A stretch of 64,000 bases of DNA. Source: the human T2T-CHM13v2.0 reference genome, Homo sapiens. The translations under genes were made by a program, and so were the position numbers. A model generated the notes under the pieces. That model was not told the DNA's origin. It saw only the letters and a list, made by a program, of their open reading frames with translations, and searched no databases. The stretch lies in assembly GCF_009914755.1 (NCBI RefSeq), contig NC_060948.1, one strand, 5' to 3'. This document shows, one piece after another, positions 49,947-64,000 of this stretch (positions are counted from its first letter, which is position 1; the number at the start of each line of letters is the position of its first letter).

Positions 49947-52900
49947 CATTCTCAAGGATGTGTGACTCTGTGTCTGTGTGTGTGTGTGTGTGTCTTTGAG
50001 TTTGTGTGTGTGTGTGTGTGTGTATGTTTATCCACTTTATTCGGGTGTCATAATGAATTGATCAATCCACGTGCTTTATTCTCTTCATGGAAATAACCAG
50101 TCTGCGTTGGAGCTGGGCCTCTAAAGTTGTAGAGTGAATGGGTGTGGGATGTGTTGGGATTCTTCCTACAGGACAGAGTGGGAGAGGTAAAAGCAAAAGA
50201 CAGCTTAGTTGGAGGCTGACTTCGTCCTGTGGAAGCAGAGATAGTTCAAGGAAAGGGGTTACTGGGTTTCCAGGGCCCAGTTTGCTGGGACCTCCAAAAT
50301 CCTTCATTTTGGGTATCATCATACACAGTAGCTAAGCACAGGATGATGGAAATCTTAAAGTTCGCTTTCGTGTTGAATCCACATGTTCTTTTAAAGGTGA
50401 ATGCATGATCCTTTTCTGGGACAATCAGCCTCTCAGGACTTCTGAAACATCAACGTGAGAAGAAATGGGCATGTAAGGTGTATGGAGGGACTGTGGGAAA
50501 GGTGACAGAGGCATGTGGGAAGGCATTCAGGATACGCTTTTGGCATAGATGACTAAGGGAAAACAGAAACTTACAGAAGTGAGGGGAAAGGGGGTGGATT
50601 AGTGGAATATAAGATTGTTGGAGAATCCATCCATGGACTCTCTTGTCACTTGATGACCCAGGATATGGACACTCTTGTTGATGTTTACATCTTTAGTTGT
50701 TTTAAGCTTTTCTCCAAGATTCTGTGTTAGGTGAGGAGCCAATAACGTATGTAGCTAACAACAGTACGAGTGCATTTTGTGCTCTTGCAAAGTCTAGTGA
50801 GGCTCTATTCTCCCTCGTGATTGGCACTGCAGATTGTATCTGGAGCCCAGGGCCCCTAAATTTTCTGTGGCCTCTTCAGCATAGTTTGCCTAAGGTTTAG
50901 AACGTAAAGCGAATATAGTTGCGGAATATGTTTTGCAAGCCTCACACAGGAGGACAAAACATACAGCTTTCATTCGCGAGTGGGAGGCTGCTTCCCAGGA
51001 ACACGTGTGTCTGCACAAGACAAGGGGTTGCCTCTGTCAAGGATGGGGCAGGAGGATTTCAGTGTCGGAGGCAGAACTTTCTTTCCTGTTCCCAGATGAA
51101 ACAGTTCCAACACGAGCATCCATGTTGACCACACGCTACTAGAGTGCTAACATTGCTGTCCCGTATAGACTCTGGTCAGCACAGCTTCTGTGAGAAGAGC
51201 TATGTTGTTTCAGGGAAGAGGGTTTGACAGTCAAAGTTCCTGAATCTGTTGTGGTGCCTGCAATATGCATTCTACCCCTCCTGCTCGGTGTCAAAGCAGT
51301 TGAGCTTTGAAAATCTATCGCCCGGTTTTGTCCCTGCTCCTATGCAGACCTCTGAAGCTCTGGAGCGGGAGTCTTGTCCTCCTCTGACTACCGTCCCCCT
51401 GACCCACAAACACAGGAGAAACAGGTGTTCTAAGCAAATTATTCTGAAAACAGTCGGAACCCTTTGGCCCCCTCAAGCTGCCCTGTATCCTACTGTGTGC
51501 ATGTCAAAGACACTGTGGTCCAGTACGGTATCCCTATAGCGGCAATGGGGCAACAGATTGGTGTGTGCACTCTGGGCAACTCAGATTAGGAAACGTCTGG
51601 GGACTTGCCTATAACGAGGTCGTCTTAAAACGTGTTGCCCCAAATTTAAGGCATAGGAAAATGTTGAGGAAAGGGTCTTGCAATGATTTTTCTAGGAGGT
51701 AAATAGATAAGAAAATGACCGTAAATAGATGCCAGGGCTAGTTTTGGAGCTAGCCTGTTTTAAAGTGGTGGTAGGGGAGGAGCTTTTTCCAAGGCAGGTA
51801 GCAAACCAGGAACTGTCTACGATGGATGGGCGTGCCACGGGTTGGTGGCTCAGCCATATTGCCACCCCACCGAGTGAATGCAGCAGACTGGGCTTCTTCC
51901 TTGAATCCTACGTGCAATTCAGTCTAGTGATTTCACATGAGATCCCTTCTTCTGGTATTATCACAGATCGTGCTGAATTATACAGGCTGTGTAATGCTTC
52001 TTCCACTGAATATCCGTGCACGTGGGCCACAGATGCTAAGGGCACTGACAAATTTGCACCGTGCCTCAGTAACTCGGAAGCACATCTGTGATTTGTACCG
52101 ACAGGGACTTGGTGTCTTTTCGTGTTTAAAGTAGCACGTGTGTGTTTGTGGTTGCGTATGTTTATTTCTCTGTGCGGGTTTGTATATTTTCTCTGACTCC
52201 ACCTGTGTCTCCGTGGTTCCGATATTTTTCCACACTCCCTGCGACAATTTGCACATGCCTATCTCTACAACCATTGTAGACTTTGTATCTGTGTCTTTGA
52301 ACATCTGTCACTCTCTCTCCCTTCCTTTTTTCTTTTCCTTCCTTTACACCCCTTTCATCCTTCCCTTGCTTCCCCACCACACTCTCTCCATCTGTATCGT
52401 CTATCTTTCTATTCTCTATCTGGGTTTACTTTCTAATTCTGAATTCAAGGGCATTGAATTGAAAAGAAGCACTCTTCGTACTTTTATGTGTTTTAACTCA
52501 TTTGGGGAATTTGGCGTGGTATTATTTACAGGGTTCTCTCTGCCCTTTCTCATTGTTCTCCCCAGCCGGGGCTGTTATTATGTGAAAGCTGGTTTCCTTC
52601 ATCACATCGCGTAGGCTCTAATGATGTTTCGTTTATTTTGATTCTCCTCACACTACATAGTTTTAATTTACCTAATGTGACTGTTTTTTTGTTTGTTTTC
52701 CGAGAATGGGTCTTACTCTGTCTTCTAGGTTGGACAGCAGCCCCACGATCTCAGCCCACTGCAGCCCAGGCACCACACACCCATGTGATCCTGTCAACTC
52801 AGACTCTCACACACCTGGCAGTACAGGTGCATGCCACCCCTCCAAGCTATGTATTAATTAACTAAATACTTACTTTTTGAATGTGGGTCCATGTTGCCCC

Positions 52901-55202
52901 AGGCTCATCTGGAACTCCTGAGTGCAGGCAATCCTCCCACCTCAGCTTATCAAAGTGCTGGGATGACAGGTGTGACCCATGGCCCTGCCATGGCTTTGTG
53001 TTTTTTGCTTTTTTCTTCCTCCTCCTCACGTCTTGTTTTGAAACATGCACTGAAGGTTTCAATTCATGGACTATAGTCTCTGTGCCTGGAATTTCTATCT
53101 TTCAACTCATCATCAGCATTCATTGGGATTTTCATATATATATACACCTATATAAGAATACCTATGTACACACATATATACGTATATACATGTATATACG
53201 TATATATGCACATTTATATACGTATATACATGTATATACGTATATATATACATGTACACATATGTATTTATTTCTCAAGTTACGAAACGGCTTGCATTCT
53301 TTCCTGTGTCATGAAAAAGACTTTGCTAGAAAAGAAAAGCACTGCTTTATAATAAAATATTTTATTTGCATTTATTTTGTTAAGGCATTTTAAAAATTGT
53401 ATGTTTGTTTAAAAAATGTCATATGAAATGATACATATTTACAACTTAAGGCGTGATGTTCAACAGGTCATATACATTATGCATTGGATACATCCAGCCA
53501 ATCAACATATGTGTGACCTCACATAGTTGTCATTTTTGTTGTGAAAAAACTTGACCTGCACTGTATTCGAATATTTTTAGAGAAAGAATATGTTACCACT
53601 AGTTATAGTGAGCATGCTGAAGAAAATATTTTTAACCTATTCCTCCTTTATAACTAGAAGTATGAGTTCTTCATCCAGCATCTCGTCAGTGCACCCTCTT
53701 CACCGCAGTCATTGGAGTCACTACTTCTGTGAAGTCCGCTTTTTTGATTTCATATAAGAATGAGATCATGTGCTATTTTCCTTTCTGATACCTGGCTTAT
53801 GTCACTTAACAGAATGGCATGCACACATTCAGCAGATTCCCACACGTTCTCACAACTGGCAGGATTTCCTGATTTCTTATTGCAGCGCATATTTCCGTTG
53901 CGCATATGCGTTTTTGCCCCATTTTTTAATCCACTTATCAATGGAGGGACACTCAGGTTGCTTCCGCATTTTGGCTACAGCAAAAATGTAATGAGTGCAG
54001 CAATAATTGCATGGGTGCGCGCACCGCTTCAACATACTGATCTGTGTACTGGCGGGCGTGCCCGGGTATTCTGATTTGCTGGATCATATAGTGGGTGGTT
54101 CTACTTGTAGATTTCTGAAGGCTGTTTATACTTAAATAAGAGCCATAAAGCTTCTTTAATGCCAGCACTAATTTACATTCTCCCCAAAAGTGAGCAGGGA
54201 ATTCGTTTTCTCTGCCTCCTCACCAGAGATTAGGGTTTTCTTTTCTTTCTTTTTTTTTTTTTGTTTGTTTGTCTTTCGGATAATATGCATTCTGACTGAA
54301 GTGAGAAGAAATCTCATTGTGTTTTTGATTTGCATTTTCGTGATGGATTGGGGATAATGAGGAATTTTTAGTGTGTCTTCTGGGCAACTGTATGTCTCAG
54401 TTTCACAAATGAGTCTTCGCAGCCTTCGCCCATTTGTTTTCATGCTATTGAGTTGTTGGGAGTTCCTTATGTACTGTGACTATTCCCCCATGAACAGATG
54501 TATGGTGATCCAATCATTGCTCCCATCCTGTAGGATGCCCCTTCTGTATGTTGAGTTTTCTATGGTGTGGTGAAGCACTTTAGTTTGATATGATTCCATT
54601 CTCTATTTTTGATGGTGTTTACTGTGTTCTTGCAGTCACTTTGAGACCATCATTGCACACACGGACGCCATGGAGCTTCTTCCTTGTGATCTCTTCTGCT
54701 ATTTTTATCGTTTCACATCTGACACTGGAGTTTGGTGATAAATAATCCACTTGTAAAATCCTTTGTGTGGCTATTCAGATTTCCCCAACCTAGTTTATAG
54801 AAGATACTTGATTTTGCATTGGGCGTTCTTGCTTCTTTGGGAAAAGGCTGTGAGCTGCAAATGCAGTGACTTAGTTCTGGGCTCCTGTTGTTTTTCCTAA
54901 GCTCTAGTCTCTGCTTTTCTGCCAGTGCTATTGTATTTTGGTACAAAAAGTTTTGTAGTAGTATATCATGAAGTTAGGTAGTGGGGTGGCTCCAGCTTTG
55001 TGCTTTTTACTGGATTGCTCTGGGTTTTCAGGATCTTCTGCCATTTCATAGCAAATTTGGGATTCCCAGATTGTTTTCTAAGAAGAATGTGTCATTGATA
55101 TTTTTAAAGGGGTTGTATAGAATCTGAGGATGACTCAGGTAGTAGTGATGTCAATGCCGTTTAGACAATGTGCGTGTTTGTGTGCACATGCTCAGGGCCA
55201 AG

Positions 55203-56620
55203 AGACACTGGGTGTCCTCACCAATACTGAGGTGGGCCTTAATATCCAGCCAGATTGCCTTCTGGAAACACACGGAATGTCCTGTTCTGTTTTGCCATCT
55301 CTTCACATTTCCTCCCCTGTGAGCCCTGTGTGGTCCTCCAGATTCCCTGTGCGGTGGCCTGCCTTTTTTGGGGTGGGGAGTTGCTGGGTGAATGAGGATG
55401 GCTGAGGGAACCAAGCATGTCAGTGGAGCGTGGTGTCATCCAAACGGTACTTAGCAGGCCTGGGAGAGTCATTCTGGGAGGACGCAGACCTAGAGAGGCC
55501 TCAGGTGGGCATCTGTGTGGAGGGTGAGAGATCCCTGGTTGAGCCCAAACTGAACCCCAGGTAGAAGCAAGCCTCAGGACAGGGAAGTAGCTAGCAAGGG
55601 ATGATGAGGCAGCTATCTCTTGACCCTGGCTTCCCACCCATTGACCTTAGCTACTTATGCCTATTAAGCAGATTACGGTTCCCCCATCGTGAAATGTGGG
55701 TACCACAGTTCCCTGATGGGCATTTCTCCACCAGCCCATGATGGCCTGAGTTTCCTTACTGCAGTCTCCTCCCTGAGCCTTGGCTTCTCTATGTGTGTCC
55801 TAACTCCAGGACCCACAGGCCTGTCAACCCCCAGCCCTGGGCTGCTTCCCTGGCCTCTTCTCTGTTCCCTCTCTGAGGGCCTAACTCCCTTGGGTAGTGC
55901 TGCAGAATATAGAGCCACAGGCCCTGGCTGATGATCTGGTGGACTGGGCAAATTGGTCGTGACAGGTCAGGTTCTGGTTCAAAGCCAATTCCTCCGATGC
56001 CAAGGAATGTCGAAGAAGGTCCTTTGCCATGATGTCCCATAGCTGTCCCACCTCAGCAATCGTGCCGTAACCTGGGCCCTCACAGTCAGACAACCAGCTG
56101 AAGAAGCTCAGGCAGTGACCTGCGGGAAACTCGGGCTTTCACCTGCATGACCCTAGAACCACTGGACTGCAGTGGAGCCAGTCGCCCTGTATCCTGGAGG
56201 GAGACGAGTCAGGAAGGCGCACGCCAGGCCCAGCTCCCGAGGTACTACCCCCTCTACTCCTCAGGGAGGATGCCAACGCAATACTCCTTAGTCATCACTT
56301 TGTTTCCGAAGTAAATGTTGTGATGAAAGGCAAACTTCTTCCTACCCCTTGTATTCAGGGTGGCCGAGTTCCTCCACCTGCCTGTCCAAGAAGGAGAAAC
56401 AGGGCTGTGAAGGGGCAATTTCATCTAGGTGGGCTGAGGTGGCACTCTAGCCGGGGTGAAGCATGCGTTTCCCCTTCCCAGCTTTCCCGCTGAGACACAC
56501 CTGAGCCCCAGAAGGACCTCAACCTGACCAGGACCTTAGCACCCTCCCCCAGACCCAGGCTTTCCATCCTGACCTGCAAATCCAACATGCAGCTTTGAAG
56601 GACTTTCTCATGGTTTCTGA
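55203..56620 (-). pseudogene. TSPY-family paralogue B, unit 3
   Basis: Copy of 14628-16045. Confidence 0.8.
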
Positions 56621-59432
56621 GCTCCTTGCTCTCACCAGAAAGAATCAGAACTTTTAAAGTGTTCTTTATGCCAACTTAAATTTTTCATTTTTACTACCTC
56701 ATGTTTTGGATGAGGCATGTATTTTTAAATTTATTTTCACCCTTATTGTACCTCTATGATAAACTGCTTGCTTACATTCATACCGTAATTATCTCTCAGG
56801 TTACTTGTCTGTTCCTAAAGATTCACTGAAACGAAGAATTCTATATATGCTTGTATCTTTCAGCAACCGTATGTCAGATAGCACTGCACATTACTGCAGA
56901 CATCGCATATACAGGTCCAAAGGTAGAGGAAGAAGAAGAAAGCAAGCGTTAAACTCTATTCATTCCTAAAAGCATATCAGAAACTCACAAATAACAGTGA
57001 AATCAAAGAATGATCACAGCCAATTCCATTACATACCTAGACTGAAATACGAAACTTCAAAGAAAAGAAACATTAGAACTTTGGGTTTGTAAAAATTTTC
57101 CTATATAGATAAAATTATTGGTAACTGTGTCTCACTAGAAAACGTAAACAAAAATCCATGTTTTTCATATTTGTAAATATACATAGTTTTATTTCCATCA
57201 GTTATGACATGCAAGCAAGTAATAAAGTGAAAGTACAATCAAATGATATATGGAACTTCCTCAGTCTTAAAATATTCCATGGAGACTATCAATTTTATGA
57301 AAACTATAAAGAATGCTTCATGAAACTACATTGTACAGTGCCATTTACTATTTTACTGACATTTTAAATAATCAACAATTAAAGGGAATACGTCAACATT
57401 ATTTAATACCAATAACGTTATTTTTCTTGAGTAATCCTGTTGAAATTAAGGATTTTAAATAAAACATTAAAAACAAATTATATTGACTGATTTCAGCTTT
57501 GGATGAAATCATACTTGTGTATTTGTAGTAATGCGAAGCATAACTTTCTCCTCACAATTAATCTTTTATAACATCGGTGTTATAGTTTTCTCTGACACCA
57601 ACATTGTGATATCGCACAGGTTTACTGCATGCATGCATTACATGCCTCCAGAGAGTAGGCTTCAAATATATGGAAAAATTATATTTATGAAAAAATTCTA
57701 GGAAAGGGAATGGTGAAATGGAAGAGAATTTCTCACTTGCTAACTGTTGGACATGGATTTGTATATATTTGGATATAGACACATACTGGCACACTGTGAG
57801 TTTGCCCATGTATATATACACTTATATGAGAAACCCATAATATATGGGTTGTGTAATCTTTTAATTAATCCATAATTGTATGTGTGTGAAATTAGATAAG
57901 CGGTTACCTTTTCTTTACTCAATTTGATGGAAAGCCAAAAAACTCTGTCCACCTTCATTTCAATTAATCCAATACTGTTAACTGCTGGTAGCTTCATTCT
58001 CCTTGTTCTCTTACGGCAACCGGAAAGTTAATTCTCGCTCTAATTTGGCTTTCAAGGTGCGATCAACAAGAGTGTCACCTTGCTGTGGATTGTGACCTCT
58101 GACTCCACCTCTGTCTTCCTTTTGCAGTCCTACCTTTGCATAGGTAACAAACTTTGTACATGGTTAAAAGGATAAAAGTTCAGTGAAATGTCAAGCCATG
58201 CTGTGAAATGTTCCATAGTTTCTATATCTCTAATTGTCCTTTGATGTTATAGAGGCAAGAAAAATAATTCAATGTTTTTCTTAGTATCTAGTCCAATGCA
58301 CTCTTTCTTCATAATACTGCAAACAAGGCACTGACATGGAAACGTGGCTGGACGTCTCAAAATCTCTTCTCATTAATTACCATTATGTTAATCACTGTTG
58401 CCCACAACTGGAATTGGACTTTGAAATCCCCTGGTGGAAATTGCTATAATGGCTCAAACTACTGGAAAGACTATCTTTTTTTTACCTGAAAATATCTGAT
58501 GAGCATAGACGTATGCTATATACAGGAACATATTGTACATTAACAACATACCATCACTGCCACTCAATAATAGGTATCCCAAACCTTTGAGCCAAACTGA
58601 GCTCGGGTGCTCCCACAAACCAAGCTTTTCCCTCCACAGATTTCTTATGTCAAAAAGCCACAACTCCAGGCCAGGCTTCGTGGCTCTTGTTGTAATTTCT
58701 ACATTTTGGGAGGCCGAGGTTGGTGGGTCACTTGAGGTCAGGAGTTGGAGACCAGCATGGGCAACATGGCAAAAAGCTGTCTCTACCAAAAATACAAAAA
58801 TTAGCCAGACCTAGTGGCACTTTCCTGTGGTCCCAGCTACTTGGGAGGCTGAGGCAGGAGAACCACCTGAACATGGGTGGCAGAGATTGTATAGTAAGCC
58901 AAGATCAGACTACTGCACTCCAGCCTGGATGACACAGCGAGACCATGACTGAAAAAAGAAAAAAAAAAAATAAAGGCAACTCCACTCGTCCACTGGCTTA
59001 GGTAAAAAGTACTGGAGTTGGCTGGGCTCGGTGGCTCACACCTGTATTCCCAGCACTTTGGATTTTGGGAAGCTGAGTCGGGCGGGTCACCTGAGATCTG
59101 TAGTAGGAGAGCAGCCTGGCCAACATGGTGAAGCCTGGCTTCTACTAAAAATACAAAACATTAGCTGAGCGTGGTGATGCATGCTTGTAATCCCAGCTAC
59201 TGCAGAGGCTGAACCTGGGAGGCGGAGGATGTGTTGAGCTGAGATCCTGCCACTGCGCTCCAGCCTGGTCTACAGAGCGAGAGTACCCTGTGAGAAACAA
59301 AGGTGAAGAGAACAAGAAAAAAAAAATGAGAAAAATAAGACCCACTGCAAAAGGTTGCCACAGAAAAGATTAAACATTTCAGCAACTTCTATCTTCTGTC
59401 ATGGAAGCCAAGGTTATTTGGACCAAACCTCC

Positions 59433-59785
59433 TGTCTTAGTTCATTTTCACGCTGCTGAAGAAGACATACCTGAAACTGGGAATAAAAGGAGGTTTAATT
59501 GGACTGACAGTTCCACATGGCTGTGGAGGCCTCAGAATCATGGTATACGAATAAAGGCACTTCTTACATGGCAATGCCAAGAGAGAATGAGGAAGAACCT
59601 GAGGCAGAAACCCCTGAAAAACCCATCAGATCCCGTGAGACTTCTTCACTGTCACAAGAATAGCATGAGAAAGACCGACCCCCATGATTCAATTACCTCC
59701 CCCTGGGTCCCACCCGCAACACGAGGGAATTCTGGGAGATACAATTGAAGCTGAGATTTGAATGGAGACACACCAAACCATGTCA
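59433..59785 (-). mobile_element. THE1 solo LTR, unit 3
   Basis: Copy of 18859-19211. Confidence 0.9.
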
Positions 59786-60891
59786 CTTCCCAAACAATTA
59801 AAAATTCCCAATAGAAGAAGCATTAATTATATCAAAAAGTGGTGGACCAAGAAGGAACTATTAGCCTCATATCTCAAGAAAGACTCCAGTCAAGGCCTAG
59901 GGACTACTCATGAAAAGAGTTTAATAGCCGACTCTCTCCCAGTGGATCTGGATTCCACCGGACTGTATCTTCACAGTAAGGGTGAAACAGAAGCAAACCC
60001 ATTCCTATTTCCAAGCTCAAGGAACTTTGGTCAAAGTTCTCTTGGAGCTGAGCAGAACAAGGAGGCAAACAGAAAAGATTTGTGTCCCTGAGAAGTCATG
60101 GCCACAGGCTGGCTATCACACAGATTGTCAAGCCAGTTCCATATTGCATGGGTATTACAGAAAATCTCAAAACATAAATTTGTGTGTGGGTTGTCCCAGA
60201 GTAGCAGGATCTGGCAGAAGGAAATTTCCTTCTAACCCTCAAAGAATCCACATAAATCTTGTTACATTTGGGATTTTACGATTTGCTTCAGGAATGAGAA
60301 TGGCCTTAATTTTCATATCTTTTTCTACACTCAGTTTATGGCTTGTTGGCGTCAAAGTTCTGCTTGCTTCACACAATGAGTTTAGGATTTTCCCTTTTTT
60401 ATTCTATAGAATTCTTCATATATATTGAAATGCTCTGCCTGGGGAAAAAAATCTGAGCCTAGCGTTTTATCTCTAGGAAGAATCCTTTATTTCCTTGAAC
60501 ATTTATGAGACTATACAGATTATATATGTCTTCTTGTATCAATTTTACTAAGCTATATACATAGCTTATGTTTATATATTATATATATAAATGTAAGATA
60601 CAAATATAAAAATTATGTATAAATATGAAAATATATATAGAAAGCGATATATATGTCTATATATATAGACAGATTATAAATATCTGTCTATTTGATCTAA
60701 GTTTTCAAATTTGTAGGTTAAGGTGTTAACGATATTTCCTTATTAGCTTCTTAATCTATGCTGTATCTATGGTTGTGTACCTTTTAAATTCTTAGTTTTA
60801 TCTATGTTTTCTCCCTTTTTTTCTAAACTTGACTGACGGTTGCATCATTTATTATATTTCTCCAACAAGCAAAGGTTAGCTTTGTATGTTT

Positions 60892-63012
60892 TACTAATTT
60901 TGTCTACATCATTATTCCCACACTTTAGTTTTTCAGAATTGATTCTGTTGTTTCTTTTCTAATTCTTTATTGAAATATCTAGTACATTAATTTTCAAGTT
61001 ATTAGAGAAATATTTGTCTGTAAACTCCTATTGTAATATCACTTTTCTTGCTACTCACAGATTTAATCTTTAATATTGGCGGTATCATTGAGTTCTAAGT
61101 ACATTTCAATTCCTAGTATGATAATCTATGAATTGCTGAGAAATAGTGTTTACAATTTTGTTGTTCTATTTCCACTTAAGTTTATTTTTACTTCTGCTAA
61201 CTCAATTGAAAATTCTTTACTAATTTTTAAAATCCTTGAACCCAAGAGATGGAGGTTGCAGTGAGCTGAGATCAGGCCACTGCATTCCAGACTGAGTGAC
61301 AGAGTGGAACGAGATTTCAAAACAAAACAAAACAAAACAAAACAAAACAAAACAGTCACTGGAAAGATAATAAAATACATAAATGTGGGATGTAATATGT
61401 AATCGTGATAAAATAAACTGGATTTTTTGTATAAGTTATACATATAAATGTAATGCCAAGACACTGATAAGACAACTCATGGTCTTATCTCAATACTTAG
61501 TGTCTTCATGTAACATATGTCCTTTAGGATAGTTATAGTCCGTTTTCTTTCCAGGAGAGACAGATGAGAATGCAGAAATGTTAAAGTGCAAGGGACGGAA
61601 GCTTCCAGCTGTGCCCACCTGTAACCTGACGTAGACAGTTCCACCGTTTGCTTCATTAATCATGCCAAAGGCTCTAATGCAAATGTGGTACAGAGTCACA
61701 TGTTTTTGTATCTACATGATAGAAACTATAACTTCATCCCTATATAGAAGGGTATATAGCATATGCCTCAGTGATAAATATAAGTGAATCATTGATCAGT
61801 AGGAAACCATTTTAAAAGTCTTTCATAACAGAACAAAATCCCTGAAAACATTTTCTTCTCAATCTCTGAGTTTTCTTACACGGCTTATGAATCTCTAGCC
61901 ATACTAAAGAGATAGTATGCTGCTCTTCCCACAAATTATTCATTGTATATAATTCCTGTAATCTAATAACAGTACCTTTACACCTCAGGGTTTAAAATGA
62001 CTCCAACCTTTTTCTGTTTCTCCAATTAAAATAACTTTTTTAAGGTTTAATCTTCAGTAATTTTTTGTAGTAATATTTTTGAAGGTATTTGACCAGGATG
62101 ATTTGCTTATATACCTACCTGACGTCTCCCTTTCTTCTGAATACATATTTTATTACCCACCTATTAGATCTAAGTTTAAGAAGTTGGAATAGGGATTTAA
62201 ATCTAAATTCTACATTTGAATTTACAGGAGTCAGCGAGTCCGGGAAGTGCCTTTATGCACAGACCAATATCTGGCAATGGCACTAGGAGACAAATAAGCT
62301 TTACCAGTCTCAAAGCCCTGGCTACTACAGTGAATCCACCCTTCTCCTGGATCTTATCTACTTCAGCAAAAGAAGGCCACCCACTAAACCAGGCCCTTGT
62401 ACTTTGGGTGGAAACTCCTAAGTCCTCTAGTCTCCTCAAACAGACAGCCAGGCTGCCAATTTCCACAATAATAATTTCTATAGCACTGAGTCTTTGGTAG
62501 CCTTGTAACTATAGCTACTGATGCTACAGTCTGGTCCCTGTATGATAAAACACCAGAGCAACAGAAACAAAAATATTGACTGAAGCCTTCTAAAATCTCT
62601 CTAAATATACCTTCAATAAATATGGTTTTTTTTACAGAACGACTGCTTTCAGCTTCCTGAACTAACGCTTGGCCTTCGCTAGTTGTCACTGTTGAAATTG
62701 ATTCAAAAGTGTACATTTAACATGAAAGTCAACACAGAATTTCATGTGTCAGCAACTAAAATTTTCAAAATGTTGCAAAATACAAATGTGAAACTGTATT
62801 TGTGAAATTTACCATTCATTGAAATTATATTTTCATACCTACCCAGGCACAGAATTTTTTATAACTGTCTGCATGTTCTCCTCATGTGGGGGAAAAGCAG
62901 CATCAGCAGGCAGAGGAATCCTTTGAAGCTGGAGGGAGAGGTTGCAGTGATCTGAGAGTTTGCCACTTGACTGCAGCCTGGATGACACAGTGAGACTCCA
63001 ACTGAAAAGAAA

Positions 63013-63049
<37 letters not shown>

Positions 63050-63114
63050 CCAAAATTGATAAGTAAAAAAAAAATCCATATTCGAAAACATGCTCACAGG
63101 CTAACTCCCATATC

Positions 63115-63161
<47 letters not shown>

Positions 63162-64000
63162 TCCTTGAAAACGAAAGTTCCACAAGGGCAAAACAAGAAA
63201 ACAAATTTAACACCCCCCAAAGAAAGTACAAAGAGTAACCTCAAAAGAACCGCAGGGGAAAACAATTCAAAATTTACAAGTATCTACCCTAAAAGAAGCT
63301 GAAAGTCCCTCAAAAACTTTCCAGAGGCCATGTCCTTGTATTACAAAAATGATCATAAAAACTGGCAGGAGTAGACGAATAGAAATGCATCTTAAAACTT
63401 GCTAAACCCTTCAAGTCTCCCATAAGAATTGTAATGGAAAATGGATCGGTCGGCAGCTTTTTCCATACAATTATGAACAAATTATATTTCTTCATACATA
63501 GATTTGTTTTTTCAATATTCTAAGGAATTAACTTTTATATTAATAGTAGGTGATGTAAGAAAGCAGGCCTTTATCAAGATAACTGACACTGGATGTCCAT
63601 ACCATTACTCAGGTGGGCCTTAATTCCCAGCCGGGTTCCCTCCCTGGACACACACTGAAGGTCCCCAGCCATTTGGCAATCTCTTCACATTCCCAGCCCT
63701 GGAGGTAGCCCTAAAATACATGTACCTGAAGAAAATAAAACATTGCCTCACACTGGAGCCCAGTGTGGTCCTCCAGATTCCGTGTGAGGTGGACTAACTT
63801 ATATGGGAAGGCAGGGCAGCGGGAGTGAGGATGGCAGAGAGGATTACACATGTCAAGGCAGCCGGGGTCATGGAAACAAAACATGACTGGCCTGGGAGAA
63901 ACACTGTGAAAGGACACAGACCTAGGTGGGCCTCAGGTGGACATCCTCGTGGAGAAAAAGGGGGCCCTGGTTGATCTCAAAATGAGCCCCAGGTGGTAGC
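60892..64000 (+). repeat. TSPY/DYZ5 tandem array unit 4 (partial, cut by window end)
   Basis: Matches positions 1 to ~3115 of unit 1. Confidence 0.95.
63584..64000 (-). pseudogene. 3' flank portion of TSPY-family paralogue A, unit 4 (cut by window end)
   Basis: Matches 2699 to ~3115. Confidence 0.65.

Larger units (their letters stand above)
40607..60891 (+). repeat. TSPY/DYZ5 tandem array unit 3 (20,285 bp)
   Basis: Near-identical direct copy of units 1 and 2. Confidence 0.97.

Noticed and set aside
1-64000. CRISPR array, prokaryotic operons, rRNA or tRNA genes
   Set aside because: No repeat-spacer structure or RNA gene signature; Alu, L1, THE1 and spliced genes show this is primate genomic DNA.

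Overview
Primate (human-type) Y-chromosome ampliconic DNA: about 3.15 head-to-tail copies of the ~20.3 kb TSPY/DYZ5 repeat unit (units 1-20317, 20318-40606, 40607-60891, partial 60892-64000). Each full unit carries one intact six-exon TSPY gene on the + strand (308, 314 and 308 aa), a CpG island, Alu, L1 and THE1 LTR remnants, and microsatellites. Reading the minus strand shows two further diverged TSPY-family gene bodies per unit. Copy A sits head-to-head with TSPY and keeps exons 1-5 and most splice sites; it probably underlies the antisense FAM197Y/CYorf16 unit. Copy B lacks exon 1. Other notable points: TSPY intron 1 has a U12 (minor spliceosome) signature with competing U2 sites; a CCAAT box is present only in the copy 1 promoter; variants are shared between units in a mosaic way, suggesting gene conversion; there is a GC/CpG-enriched patch inside an old L1; and a THE1 LTR with a DUX4-type motif points toward copy B. 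Most ORFs in the supplied track are chance or shadow ORFs.
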